A stretch of DNA of 64,000 nucleotides from an uncultured Eubacteriales bacterium (GCA_900545175.1 UQYF01000005.1:29890-93889); one strand, 5' to 3'. Counted from the stretch's first letter, positions 29,299-40,001 are shown. Numbers and translations: made by a program. The notes: a model not told the origin generated them from the sequence alone.

Positions 29299-29576
29299 TC
29301 CGCAGGCACAATATGCCGGAGGAATCGCGAGTCAAATGTTAGATTTGGCTCTGCGATAGATGCTGTTTGTGATGCCTGCGGCACAAATAGCTGTGTGAAA
29401 AATCAGATATCAATCTGTGTTTTTTCGCACTGACCTCACATTATAATATATAGTTCTTAGCAGTCACGCTATAGTGATAAAAGCGAACACTGTTTTTTAT
29501 TATATTCTAAGCAATAGATAAATTCAAGTTAATGATTTACGAATATTAGCGGATATGGGCGGGAGCCAAATGAAGA

Positions 29577-29605
29577 TTGACAACAGGTTTCGCTTATGAT
29601 AATAT
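29577..29605 (+). promoter_or_regulatory. sigma-A type promoter TTGACA-N17-TAATAT
   Basis: TTGACA at 29577-29582, TAATAT at 29600-29605. Confidence 0.55.
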
Positions 29606-29675
29606 GATTTAATCCTAAATGATACAGAAAATGCATTTTTTCAATATAAATATGGAAGGTAAAACGGAGGAAGCT

Positions 29676-29990
29676 ATGGCAGAAAATACTATGAGTGAGA
29701 AAGCCGGAAATAATACTAAGGCACCATATAAAGCACCGAAGTCTAATAATAAGAAGCAGGTAGAGAATATCCAGCTTGAGACAAGAAAGAATCTTATAGA
29801 GCAGCTTATAAAATATCGCAAGGCTAAGAAGATTACACAGGCTGATATATCAGACAGCACAGGAATACAAAGACCTAATATAAGCCGTCTTGAGAGCGGT
29901 AAATATAACCCTACACTTGATATGATCGTCCGTGTTGCAGACAGCATAGGTCTTGAAGTTGAGATTACACTCAAGGAAAAGAATAACTAG
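29676..29990 (+). CDS. XRE-family helix-turn-helix transcriptional regulator
   Basis: HTH_XRE region (KITQADISDSTGIQRPNISRLESGK); GGAGG RBS before ATG 29676 (the ORF is open from 29619). Confidence 0.7.
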   Translation: MAENTMSEKAGNNTKAPYKAPKSNNKKQVENIQLETRKNLIEQLIKYRKAKKITQADISDSTGIQRPNISRLESGKYNPTLDMIVRVADSIGLEVEITLKEKNN

Positions 29991-30021
29991 TTATAATGCG
30001 AATAGAATCGAGGGAATATAA

Positions 30022-30954
30022 ATGAACAGAATTTTGGTTACCGGAGGAGCAGGTTTTCTTGGTTCACATCTTTGTGAGCGGCTTCTAAATGAAGGAAATG
30101 ATGTTATCTGTGTTGATAATCTTTTTACAGGAAGCAAGGATAATATCAGAAAGCTGATTGGAAATCCCTACTTTGAATTTATAAGGCATGATGTAACAGA
30201 ACCGCTGTATGTGGAGGTTGACCAGATATATAATCTTGCATGTCCGGCGAGTCCTCCTCATTATCAGTATAACCCTATTAAGACAGCCAAGACAAGTGTC
30301 TATGGTGCAATGAATATGTTGGGTCTTGCCAAGCGTACACATGCGCGCATACTTCAGGCAAGTACCAGCGAGGTTTATGGTGATCCTGAGGTTCATCCGC
30401 AGCCGGAGAGCTATAGAGGGAATGTCAATCCTATAGGAATTCGTTCCTGCTATGATGAAGGAAAGAGAATGGCTGAGACCTTATTTTTTGATTATCACAG
30501 ACAGCATGATGTTGACATTAAGGTTATCCGCATTTTTAATACATACGGACCGAGAATGAATCAGAATGATGGAAGAGTTGTTTCTAATTTTATTGTACAG
30601 GCGCTAAAGGGTGAAGATATAACCATATATGGTGATGGCAGCCAGACCAGAAGCTTCTGTTATGTGGATGATATGATTGAAGGAATGATTAGGATGATGA
30701 ATTCAAGAGATGGCTTTACAGGACCGGTTAATCTTGGAAATCCGGGTGAATTCACAATGAAGCAGCTTGCGGATATTGTCATTGAGCTTACTCACAGTTC
30801 GTCTAAGATTGTATATATGCCGCTTCCGTCAGATGATCCTACACAGAGAAAGCCAATCATAGACCTTGCACAAAAAGAGTTGTCATGGCAGCCGACTATT
30901 AAGCTGGAGGATGGGCTTAAAAAGACGATAGAGTATTTTAAGACCGTTATATAA
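30022..30954 (+). CDS. UDP-glucuronate decarboxylase (UDP-xylose synthase), NAD-dependent epimerase/dehydratase family
   Basis: [11 protein letters not shown] Rossmann motif, catalytic YxxxK (YDEGKR), ~310 aa, UXS/ArnA-like. Confidence 0.8.
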   Translation: MNRILVTGGAGFLGSHLCERLLNEGNDVICVDNLFTGSKDNIRKLIGNPYFEFIRHDVTEPLYVEVDQIYNLACPASPPHYQYNPIKTAKTSVYGAMNMLGLAKRTHARILQASTSEVYGDPEVHPQPESYRGNVNPIGIRSCYDEGKRMAETLFFDYHRQHDVDIKVIRIFNTYGPRMNQNDGRVVSNFIVQALKGEDITIYGDGSQTRSFCYVDDMIEGMIRMMNSRDGFTGPVNLGNPGEFTMKQLADIVIELTHSSSKIVYMPLPSDDPTQRKPIIDLAQKELSWQPTIKLEDGLKKTIEYFKTVI

Positions 30955-32394
30955 ATGAGACAGGAAAGAAGAATATTACGAAATATTATTTATGCATTTG
31001 CTGCTCAGGGAATATCGCTTTTACTTAGTATACTTACTTCGCTTATACTTCCTAAGTTTTTTGATAAAGCAAACTACGGTTACTGGTCGCTTTTCCTATT
31101 TTATACAGGATACACAGGCTTTTTCCATTTTGGATTAAATGATGGTGTATATTTAAAAATAGGCGGTATTGAATACAGCGATATGGACAAGAAGATGCTC
31201 GGCGGACAGTTCTGGTTCGGAGCTTTGTTTCAGTCAGTTATTGCAGCCGGGATTATTATATGGGCGCTCACGGCGGGAAAAGGTGCTGACACTGAATTCG
31301 TGTTCATAATGACAGCGATGTATATGCTTTTGTACAATCTTACATTGTATCTCGGCTGTATATTTCAGGCAGCGAACGAGACAAGACTATATTCAATGTC
31401 AGTGATGATTGATAAAATTGTATTTATGATATCAATACTGGCATTGTTTGTTATAAAAAGCAGTGATTACAAGACTTATGTATGGCTCTACATGCTTGCG
31501 AAGCTGTGCGCTATGGCATACTGCGTATATAAAGGGCGCGAGGTAGTATTTGCCGGGAGAACGGCATTCGGTTCCGTCGTGCGAGAATCACTTGACAGCA
31601 TTAAGATAGGTATAAATCTTACAATAGCCAACATAGCCGGTAATCTTATACTCGGCGGAGGAAGATTTATTATAGACCGATACTGGGGGATTGAAGATTT
31701 CGGAGAAGTGTCATTTTCTCTCACGCTCACCAATTTCTTTTTGTTGTTCGTGTCACAGATTTCCATGGTTCTGTTTCCGGCACTCAGGCAGATTGATGAA
31801 AAGAGGCAGAAAGATCTGTTTGCAATGTCAAAGCATGTCTTAAATGTGATACTTCCGGTTGTATTTATGGTATATATACCTGCCAAAGAGATACTTAAGC
31901 TGTGGCTTCCGCAGTACGAGGTGAGCCTTGCGTATATGGCGATTCTTCTTCCACTGTGTATTTTTGACGGTAAGATGAACCTTGTATGTGCCACTTATTT
32001 TAAGGTGCTTAGAAAGGAAAGATTTCTTTTGCTTGTAAATCTTATTTCAATGGCACTCAGTATTGTCTTGAGTATTTTTGGCGCATATGGTCTGCACAGT
32101 ATCGATTCAATCATACTCTTTATGGTATGTTCGATAGGCGTAAGGTATTTTATATCGCAGATTTATCTTGAAAAGCTGCTTGGACAGGAAAAAGAGCAGG
32201 TTAAAGCGAGAGTGAAGCTTCTTGAAGAGCTTATACTGGTCACGGTATGTGCATATGTATGCTGGAAGCTGCCGTCACTTACTGCATTTATTGTCGCAGC
32301 AGCTGTGTATGCCATTTATCTTGTGCTTAACAGGGAGAGTGTAATATATCTTTTAAAAATGATAAAAGGAAAGATAAAAAAACAGACTATCTGA
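30955..32394 (+). CDS. Polysaccharide/oligosaccharide flippase (Wzx-like, MOP superfamily)
   Basis: ~480 aa, 12-14 TM; start codon overlaps the UXS stop (TAAATG), implying co-transcription. Confidence 0.65.
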   Translation: MRQERRILRNIIYAFAAQGISLLLSILTSLILPKFFDKANYGYWSLFLFYTGYTGFFHFGLNDGVYLKIGGIEYSDMDKKMLGGQFWFGALFQSVIAAGIIIWALTAGKGADTEFVFIMTAMYMLLYNLTLYLGCIFQAANETRLYSMSVMIDKIVFMISILALFVIKSSDYKTYVWLYMLAKLCAMAYCVYKGREVVFAGRTAFGSVVRESLDSIKIGINLTIANIAGNLILGGGRFIIDRYWGIEDFGEVSFSLTLTNFFLLFVSQISMVLFPALRQIDEKRQKDLFAMSKHVLNVILPVVFMVYIPAKEILKLWLPQYEVSLAYMAILLPLCIFDGKMNLVCATYFKVLRKERFLLLVNLISMALSIVLSIFGAYGLHSIDSIILFMVCSIGVRYFISQIYLEKLLGQEKEQVKARVKLLEELILVTVCAYVCWKLPSLTAFIVAAAVYAIYLVLNRESVIYLLKMIKGKIKKQTI

Positions 32395-32435
32395 TGTGTC
32401 TTATACGAAAATCAGAGTAGGCAAGGAGGATTATT

Positions 32436-33494
32436 ATGGGAATTATCAGAGAAGTGTTCGGACATGACAGCCATGGAGCTACAGTATATTCATACACTGT
32501 GACCAATGACCATGGAACCAGAATAAGACTTATTGAGATGGGAGCAGCATTGCAGTCACTTGAGGTTGCCGACAGGGATGGCAATTTTGCGGATGTTGTG
32601 CTTGGATATGACAATGTCGCCCAGTATGAGACCGCTAACGGTGAGAATTTTGGAGTTGTAGTAGGACGTAACGCCAACCGCATAAAGGACGCACGCTTTA
32701 TGATAAAAGGAAAAGAATACAAGCTTGCGAAAAATAGCGGAGAGAATAATCTTCACAGCGGTCCGGATGGGTACAGCTCAAGAAGATGGGAAAGTGAGAT
32801 TGCTGATAACGAGAGAGGACAAGCGGTAAGATTTTCTCTTGTAAGTCCGGACGGAGACCAGGGAATGCCTGGAGAACTTCATGTCTCTGTCACATATATT
32901 CTCACTGACGATGACAGCGTGATTCTTGAATATGAGGGTGTTGCGGGTGATGACACTATAGTGAATCTTACCAATCATTCTTACTTTAATCTTGCAGGAC
33001 ATGCTTCAGGTACAGTATATGACCAGAAGATGTGGCTTGCGGCAAGTGAGTTCACTCCTTCGGATGCAAGCCTTATCCCGACAGGTGAGTACAGAAGTGT
33101 CAAGGGAACTCCAATGGATTTTACAGAGCCTAAGGCTATCGGGGAAGATATAAATGCTGATTATGAACCTCTTATTCTTGCAGGAGGCTATGATCATAAT
33201 TTTGTCTTAGATAACAAGGGCGAAGTGGAGCTTGCAGGAAGTCTTTATGATGAGAAGAGCGGAAGATTTATGGAAGTGTTCACACAGATGCCGGGTATTC
33301 AGATATATACAGGCAATTTCCTAAGTGGAAAATCAAGAGGCAAGGATGACTGCTATTATGAGAAGCGTGACGGAGTCTGCTTTGAGACACAGTTTTTCCC
33401 GGATGCGGTAAATAACACGGCATTTGAATCACCGGTAGTTCAGGCAGGCGTGCCGTTTGATTTCGTTACAGCATATAGATTTTCCGTAAAATAA
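32436..33494 (+). CDS. galM: Aldose 1-epimerase (galactose mutarotase)
   Basis: Mutarotase motifs (NLHSGP...GYSSRRW, FFPDA, catalytic His/Glu context). Confidence 0.8.
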   Translation: MGIIREVFGHDSHGATVYSYTVTNDHGTRIRLIEMGAALQSLEVADRDGNFADVVLGYDNVAQYETANGENFGVVVGRNANRIKDARFMIKGKEYKLAKNSGENNLHSGPDGYSSRRWESEIADNERGQAVRFSLVSPDGDQGMPGELHVSVTYILTDDDSVILEYEGVAGDDTIVNLTNHSYFNLAGHASGTVYDQKMWLAASEFTPSDASLIPTGEYRSVKGTPMDFTEPKAIGEDINADYEPLILAGGYDHNFVLDNKGEVELAGSLYDEKSGRFMEVFTQMPGIQIYTGNFLSGKSRGKDDCYYEKRDGVCFETQFFPDAVNNTAFESPVVQAGVPFDFVTAYRFSVK

Positions 33495-33654
33495 TTTATA
33501 AAATAGAGATGCCAAGCATCGTTTTTATGAGTGGGAAGCGAAAGCGGATTGTGAATATCGTTTACAATAGTGTTGCTGTAAATGACATTGAAAAGATTAA
33601 TAATATTTAATTTTCTGTTATATATGCAATAAAATGAACTGCGATGTGGAGATT

Positions 33655-34344
33655 ATGATGAATAGTAAGCTTGAAAGCATTAATAAAGATGAAGCATTCC
33701 GCTATCTGGGTTATGGTTTATCAATTCCTGACAGACAGACATTAGAGCTTGCGGACGACTGTGAGAAAAAGCTGCTCAGTGTTATAAATGCAAGATACAC
33801 ATACCGATATTTTGAAATAGACAAAAATAACACTTCCAAAGAGTGTGTGGCTCTTAATGGTACTTCACTCAGCTTATGCGGCAGTTCGATATCCGGGCAT
33901 CTTGAAGGGTGTGAGGGAGTTGTACTTTTTGCAGTTACGCTTTCTGATGGGGTTGACAGGCTTATAAGGCAGCTGTCAGTAAAGAGCATGTCGGCAGCTG
34001 TTGTTGCGGACAGCTTAGCATCTGCGGCAGTCGAGCAGGTGTGCGATATCGCAGAGCGTGAAATAATGAAAGAGTTTGAAGGCAGATATACTACGTGGCG
34101 TTTCAGTCCGGGGTATGGTGATTTTCCATTGGAGACGCAGCACCTTTTTCTTGATGTGCTTTCAGCTCAAAAAAGAATCGGAGTTAATATTACAGGGGGT
34201 GGACTTATGACCCCCTGTAAGTCGGTTACGGCAGTTATAGGTATTTCAAATAGCGAGGTCGAGAGAAAAAGACGCGGCTGCAGTGTCTGTCGTATGAAAG
34301 ACACATGCAGATTCAGGAAGAAAGGTGAACACTGTGGATTTTAA
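33655..34344 (+). CDS. Methionine synthase activation (reactivation, AdoMet-binding) domain protein, stand-alone
   Basis: ~230 aa encoded immediately upstream of, and overlapping, an 809-aa MetH that lacks the activation domain; GGAGA RBS. Confidence 0.6.
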   Translation: MMNSKLESINKDEAFRYLGYGLSIPDRQTLELADDCEKKLLSVINARYTYRYFEIDKNNTSKECVALNGTSLSLCGSSISGHLEGCEGVVLFAVTLSDGVDRLIRQLSVKSMSAAVVADSLASAAVEQVCDIAEREIMKEFEGRYTTWRFSPGYGDFPLETQHLFLDVLSAQKRIGVNITGGGLMTPCKSVTAVIGISNSEVERKRRGCSVCRMKDTCRFRKKGEHCGF

Positions 34345-36754
34345 GACATTACTTGAAAAGAAGAACAAAGCTGATAAGAAATATATATTGTTAGATGGAG
34401 CCATGGGAACGATGCTTCAGGCATCGGGGCTTAAGCTTGGGCAGATACCGGAAGTGTTATCATTTACCAATGAGGAGCTTCTTATCGGAATACACAGACA
34501 GTATGTCAAGAGCGGTTCGGATATAATATACACGAATACCTTCGGCGGTAACAGATATAAGCTTGAAGGCTGCGGTTATACAGTTGAGCAGGTTATTAAA
34601 AAAGGAATAGAGAATGCGAGAAAAGCATGTGAGGGAACTGACTGCATAGTAGCTCTAGACTTAGGACCTATAGGCAGGCTGGTTGAGCCTACAGGAGATC
34701 TCAAGTTCGAGGAAGCATATGATATATATAAAGAACAGGTTATAGCCGGAAAAGATGCGGATATTATCATATTCGAGACTATGACTGATTTGCTGGAGCT
34801 TAAGGCGGCTGTGCTTGCGGCTAAGGAGAATACAGAGCTTCCGATTATCTGTACAATGACATTTGAGCAGAATATGAGAACCTTCACCGGCTGTCAGGTA
34901 TCAGCAATGGCACTTACAATGGAGGGACTAGGAGTCGATGCGCTTGGAGTTAACTGTTCGCTTGGACCTGATGAGCTCTATCCTGTGGTTGAGGAGCTTG
35001 GAAAATATACGAGACTTCCGCTTGTAGTAAAGCCGAATGCCGGACTTCCTGACCCTGTGACGAATGAATACAATGTAAGCCCAAAGGAATTTGCATCTAA
35101 AATGGCAAAAATGGCACAGATAGGTGCTACGATAATGGGTGGCTGCTGTGGAACAAGCCCTGAATATATCGCAGAGCTCAAAAAAGCACTCGATAATGCA
35201 GAATTTATAAGAAAAGAGAATGTTATTCCTTCGGCAGTGTGCTCCGCAAGCAGTACGGTTGTGATTAACCAGCCAAGAATAATCGGCGAGAGAATCAATC
35301 CTACAGGCAAGAAGCTGTTCAAGCAGGCGCTCAAGGAGCATAATCTTGACTATATCATGAATCAGGCATTAGAGCAGATAGATGGCGGTGCAGAGATACT
35401 CGATGTGAATGTCGGACTTCCTGAGATAGATGAAAAGAGCATGATGGTCGATGCAATAAGAGCCATTCAATCGGTATGTGATGTACCTCTTCAGATTGAC
35501 AGTACGATACCGGAAGTCTTAGAGGCAGGACTCAGGGTATACAGCGGAAAGCCTATAGTGAATTCGGTGAATGGTGAGGAGAACTCTCTTAATAATGTAC
35601 TTCCGCTTGTAAAAAAATACGGAGCATGTGTTGTCGGACTCACACTTGATGAGAATGGAATACCTAAGACAGCTCATGAGCGTGTCGCCATAGCAAAGAA
35701 GATTCTTGACAGGGCACTCTTACTTGGCATACCTAAGGAGAATGTATTTATCGACTGTCTTACTCTTACAGCCTCGGCAGAGCAGGACGGAGTGATGGAA
35801 ACCTTGAATGCACTTCATACAGTACACTATGAGCTTGGACTTAATACAGTGCTCGGAGTTTCCAACATATCCTTCGGACTTCCGTACAGAGAGCTTGTAA
35901 ACCAGAATTTCCTTGCGATGGCTCTTACATATGGACTGACACTTCCGATTATCAATCCTAACATTGTATCTATGACAGGAGCAGTGCGCGCTTACAGACT
36001 TCTCACCGGAATAGACAGAAATTCAATGGATTATATACAGGCATATAATGGCTATGTTCCGGCAAAAGCAGGCAAGGCAGAAAGCAGTGCAAAAAATGCA
36101 GCAGGTACTGAGAATATTCAAGGCTCTGAGAAGGGTACACTTGCATACGCAGTAGAGAATGGGCTGAAAAATGATGGTGCAAGACTTACGGAGCAGATGC
36201 TTGAACATATGGAACCGTTAGAGATAATTAATGGAACACTTATACCGGCACTTGACAGAATCGGCAAGAATTTTGAGAAGGGCAAAGTGTTCCTTCCACA
36301 GCTTATTCTTGCCGCAGAAGTGACTCAGGCTTCATTTGAGGTTATAAAAAAGAAGCTTGCAGCAGATAACAAGACACCTGTAAGCAAGGGCAAGATTGTG
36401 ATGGCTACGGTCAAGGGCGATGTACACGATATCGGAAAGAATATCGTGAAGGTCATTCTGGAAAATTACGGCTACACGGTTATTGACCTTGGCAAGGATG
36501 TTGACTACATGACAGTCGTGAATGCGGCAATAGAGCACAAGGCAAAGCTTGTCGGCCTGTCGGCACTTATGACGACAACTCTTGTGAGCATGGAAAACAC
36601 TATCAAGCTGCTTAGGGAAAATAATGTTGATTGTAAGGTTGTCGTTGGCGGTGCAGTCCTGACCCCGGAATATGCCAAGCAGATTGGTGCCGATTACTAT
36701 GCAAAGGATGCCATGGACACTGTTGCGGCAGCCAGAGAAGTCTTTGGTGAATAA
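34325..36754 (+). CDS. metH: Cobalamin-dependent methionine synthase core (Hcy-methyltransferase + pterin-binding + B12-binding domains)
   Basis: LLDGAMGTMLQ (Hcy domain), GGCCGTSPE, B12-binding DxHxxG (GDVHDIGKNIV); GTG start overlaps the upstream gene. Confidence 0.9.
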   Translation: MNTVDFKTLLEKKNKADKKYILLDGAMGTMLQASGLKLGQIPEVLSFTNEELLIGIHRQYVKSGSDIIYTNTFGGNRYKLEGCGYTVEQVIKKGIENARKACEGTDCIVALDLGPIGRLVEPTGDLKFEEAYDIYKEQVIAGKDADIIIFETMTDLLELKAAVLAAKENTELPIICTMTFEQNMRTFTGCQVSAMALTMEGLGVDALGVNCSLGPDELYPVVEELGKYTRLPLVVKPNAGLPDPVTNEYNVSPKEFASKMAKMAQIGATIMGGCCGTSPEYIAELKKALDNAEFIRKENVIPSAVCSASSTVVINQPRIIGERINPTGKKLFKQALKEHNLDYIMNQALEQIDGGAEILDVNVGLPEIDEKSMMVDAIRAIQSVCDVPLQIDSTIPEVLEAGLRVYSGKPIVNSVNGEENSLNNVLPLVKKYGACVVGLTLDENGIPKTAHERVAIAKKILDRALLLGIPKENVFIDCLTLTASAEQDGVMETLNALHTVHYELGLNTVLGVSNISFGLPYRELVNQNFLAMALTYGLTLPIINPNIVSMTGAVRAYRLLTGIDRNSMDYIQAYNGYVPAKAGKAESSAKNAAGTENIQGSEKGTLAYAVENGLKNDGARLTEQMLEHMEPLEIINGTLIPALDRIGKNFEKGKVFLPQLILAAEVTQASFEVIKKKLAADNKTPVSKGKIVMATVKGDVHDIGKNIVKVILENYGYTVIDLGKDVDYMTVVNAAIEHKAKLVGLSALMTTTLVSMENTIKLLRENNVDCKVVVGGAVLTPEYAKQIGADYYAKDAMDTVAAAREVFGE

Positions 36755-36881
36755 TTGTATATCCGGAATTCGGATATTTGTGGATCAGGAGCAGAGAAAC
36801 CCTTATGAGGCGGATTTTTACGAATGTCTCTTGAGCTTTTGACCATGGGATTATTTTGATGGAAGATAAAGGTATGTGAAG

Positions 36882-37466
36882 ATGAGAGAAAATCAGTTTT
36901 TTGCACTTATGGGCAGAATGAAATATATAAACCGATGGGGACTTATGAGAAATACCAGAACGGAAAATATATGTGAGCACAGCATGGATGTTGCTATGAT
37001 TGCGCATGCGCTCGGCGTGATTAACAACGTATATTATGGCGGCAGTCTGAATCCTGACAGGCTTGCGCTTATGGGAATGTATCATGATGCAACAGAGATT
37101 ATCACAGGAGATATGCCTACTCCCGTAAAGTATTATAATCCGCTTATACGCAATGCGTACAAGGAAGTCGAGAGTGTGGCAAAGGATGAGCTTTTAGATG
37201 GACTTCCGAACGAAATGCGTCCGTATTATGAGCCTTTAATGCAGGATACAGAGAAGGAAGCAGTGATGTGGCTGTATGTAAAAGCTGCTGATAAGCTGTC
37301 GGCTCTCATAAAATGTATCGAGGAGCGCTCAATGGGAAATCAGGATTTTTGCAAGGCAGAGGAGACAACCTTAGAATCAGTGCTCGACATGAAGCTGCCG
37401 GAGGTTCAGTTCTTTGTTGACCATTTCATACCGGCTTATGGGCAGACGATTGACGAGTCTAAGTAG
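36882..37466 (+). CDS. HD-domain 5'-deoxynucleotidase (YfbR-like)
   Basis: HD motif (EHSMDVAMIAHAL...YHDATEIITGDMPTPVKY). Confidence 0.75.
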   Translation: MRENQFFALMGRMKYINRWGLMRNTRTENICEHSMDVAMIAHALGVINNVYYGGSLNPDRLALMGMYHDATEIITGDMPTPVKYYNPLIRNAYKEVESVAKDELLDGLPNEMRPYYEPLMQDTEKEAVMWLYVKAADKLSALIKCIEERSMGNQDFCKAEETTLESVLDMKLPEVQFFVDHFIPAYGQTIDESK

Positions 37467-37523
37467 TCTGACAGAATGTAGAAGAAAGCTCTGGTTTTGG
37501 TATAATTTTATGGGAGTATATGA

Positions 37524-39560
37524 ATGGGTAAGTCTTTATTTATAGCTGAGAAGCCTAGTGTGGCACAGGAATTTGCCAAGGCATTAAAATATAATACGGT
37601 GCGCCGTGACGGTTATGTAGAATCTGAGGAAGCTGTCGTGACATGGTGTGTAGGACATCTTGTCACGATGAGCTATCCTGAGTGTTATGACCCGGCGCTA
37701 AAAAGATGGAGTCTTGATACACTGCCATTTATTCCGACCGAGTGGAAATATGAGGTCATTGAAGGAGTAAAAAAGCAGTTTGACATTGTATCAGGACTCC
37801 TTAATCGTCCTGATATAGATACTATATATGTATGTACCGACTCAGGACGTGAAGGAGAATACATATATCGTCTTGTGGAGCAGGAAGCGCATGTAGAAGG
37901 AAAAAACAGAAGACGTGTCTGGATAGATTCACAGACAGAGGAGGAGATTCTTAGAGGAATCAGGGAAGCGAAGGATTTGTCAGAGTATGACAGCCTTGCC
38001 GATGCAGCATATCTGCGTGCAAAGGAAGACTACCTTATGGGAATCAATTTTTCGCGCGTGCTCACTTTAAAATACGGAAATACAATCTCTAACTATTTGA
38101 AGTTACAGAAAAATACCGTGATTGCTGTAGGCCGCGTTATGACATGTGTGCAGGGAATGATTGTAAGACGTGAGCGTGAGATAAGACAGTTTGTCGAGAC
38201 TCCTTTTTACAGAGTGTTAGCAAAATGCAGCCTTGGAAACAGCTCATTTGAAGCGGAGTGGAGAGCGGTTGAAGGTTCAGAATATTTTGCGTCACCCAAG
38301 CTTTACAAGGAGAACGGCTTTAACAAAGAGGAGGATGCGAAAGCTCTGATAGAGCTTATGTCAGGGATGAAGATGCCCGACAATGCCAGAAATCTAAGCC
38401 TGATTCCTCCGTCAGAGGCTGTCATTACCGGACTTGAAAAGAAGAAGGAGAATAAGAGTGCTCCTTTGTTGTTCAACCTTGCCGAGCTGCAGAATGAATG
38501 TTCAAGGCTCTTTAAGATAAGCCCCGATGAGACGCTTAAGATAACCCAGGAGCTGTATGAGAAGAAGCTTGTGACTTATCCTCGAACTGATGCGAGAGTG
38601 TTATCGACGGCTGTAGCCAAGGAAATACATAAGAATATAGGCGGGCTTAAGAATTATGAACCTGCGGCGGGATTTGCTGCCGAGATACTATCAAATGACA
38701 GCTATAAAAGCATAGCAAAGACAAAGTATACGAATGATAAGCAGATTACAGACCATTATGCGATTATTCCTACAGGGCAGACAGGTGCAGTGCGAGGTCT
38801 GTCAGCTATGGCTGCGAAGGTCTATGAAACCATTGTAAAAAGATTTCTTGCGATATTTTACCCTCCGGCTGTATATCAGAAGGTTGCAATAGTTATGAAA
38901 AAAGATACAGAAAGCCTTTTTTCAAGCTTCAAAGTGCTTATATCCGAGGGCTACTACAAGGTGGCAGGAGTGCCTGCTTCGCAGAATAAGACAGGTAAAG
39001 CAAATGATGATGAGACTGAGGATGTGAAATGCGATGCAGCTATGCTTGAGCTTTTGCAGAAGTTAAAAAAAGGGGATATGGTTCCGGTTAACGAATTTTT
39101 TGTAAAGGAAGGAAAGACAGCGGCACCTAAAAGGTATAATTCCGGTTCAATAATACTTGCAATGGAGAATGCGGGACAGCTCATAGAGGATGAGGAGCTA
39201 CGAGCGCAGATAAAGGGAAGCGGAATAGGAACAAGTGCGACAAGAGCGGAAATTTTAAAAAAGCTTATTGACAAAGGATATATAAAGCTAAATAACAAGA
39301 CGCAGATTATTACACCTACTCTGTTAGGTGAGATGATATATGATGTTGTCGCAGCTTCAATAAAATATCTTTTAGACCCGACTCTCACGGCAAGCTGGGA
39401 GAAGGGGCTTACAGGTGTTGCTGATGCAAGCATATCATGTCAGGAATACTTAGATAAGCTTGAAGGGTTTGTTGCTAGAAGAACACTTGCCGTAAAACAA
39501 GTAAGTAACCAGTACATGTTAAGACCTTACTTTGACAGCGCAGCAGCCTTTTACAAATAA
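37524..39560 (+). CDS. topB: DNA topoisomerase III
   Basis: TOPRIM N-terminus (LFIAEKPSVA), type IA topoisomerase domains, ~680 aa. Confidence 0.85.
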   Translation: MGKSLFIAEKPSVAQEFAKALKYNTVRRDGYVESEEAVVTWCVGHLVTMSYPECYDPALKRWSLDTLPFIPTEWKYEVIEGVKKQFDIVSGLLNRPDIDTIYVCTDSGREGEYIYRLVEQEAHVEGKNRRRVWIDSQTEEEILRGIREAKDLSEYDSLADAAYLRAKEDYLMGINFSRVLTLKYGNTISNYLKLQKNTVIAVGRVMTCVQGMIVRREREIRQFVETPFYRVLAKCSLGNSSFEAEWRAVEGSEYFASPKLYKENGFNKEEDAKALIELMSGMKMPDNARNLSLIPPSEAVITGLEKKKENKSAPLLFNLAELQNECSRLFKISPDETLKITQELYEKKLVTYPRTDARVLSTAVAKEIHKNIGGLKNYEPAAGFAAEILSNDSYKSIAKTKYTNDKQITDHYAIIPTGQTGAVRGLSAMAAKVYETIVKRFLAIFYPPAVYQKVAIVMKKDTESLFSSFKVLISEGYYKVAGVPASQNKTGKANDDETEDVKCDAAMLELLQKLKKGDMVPVNEFFVKEGKTAAPKRYNSGSIILAMENAGQLIEDEELRAQIKGSGIGTSATRAEILKKLIDKGYIKLNNKTQIITPTLLGEMIYDVVAASIKYLLDPTLTASWEKGLTGVADASISCQEYLDKLEGFVARRTLAVKQVSNQYMLRPYFDSAAAFYK

Positions 39561-40001
39561 GTGCAAGATATAATGAATGCAGGCGGGTTAACATGCTTGC
39601 ATGATTAACGAGCAATGAAATTATTGAGTGAGCTGTGCTCACGATATAATGAGCGCAAGAGAGCCATAGGGAGCTTGCTCACTTTTGGCGAACGGCGAAT
39701 TGGCTCATGATAGTTGCGAAGCAACGGTAAGCACCGAAGGTGCGAATCATGATATAATGAGCAAAAAAGTCAATATGCCTGTGTATTTATGAACTGAGGA
39801 TTATTGAACAGCATTGTTCATGATATTTTACGATATGGCAAAATGCCAAGAGAAAAACAGATTGTTTTAGATTAGCTGATGTGATAATATACTTAGATAG
39901 GTTATAAGATTTTTACCGGATGGGTATTATAATTGATTTGTGCGAAGCAGATAGTATAAAATCAGGTTCTGTTTTGGTTTAACACGGAAATGAGGAGTAT
40001 T

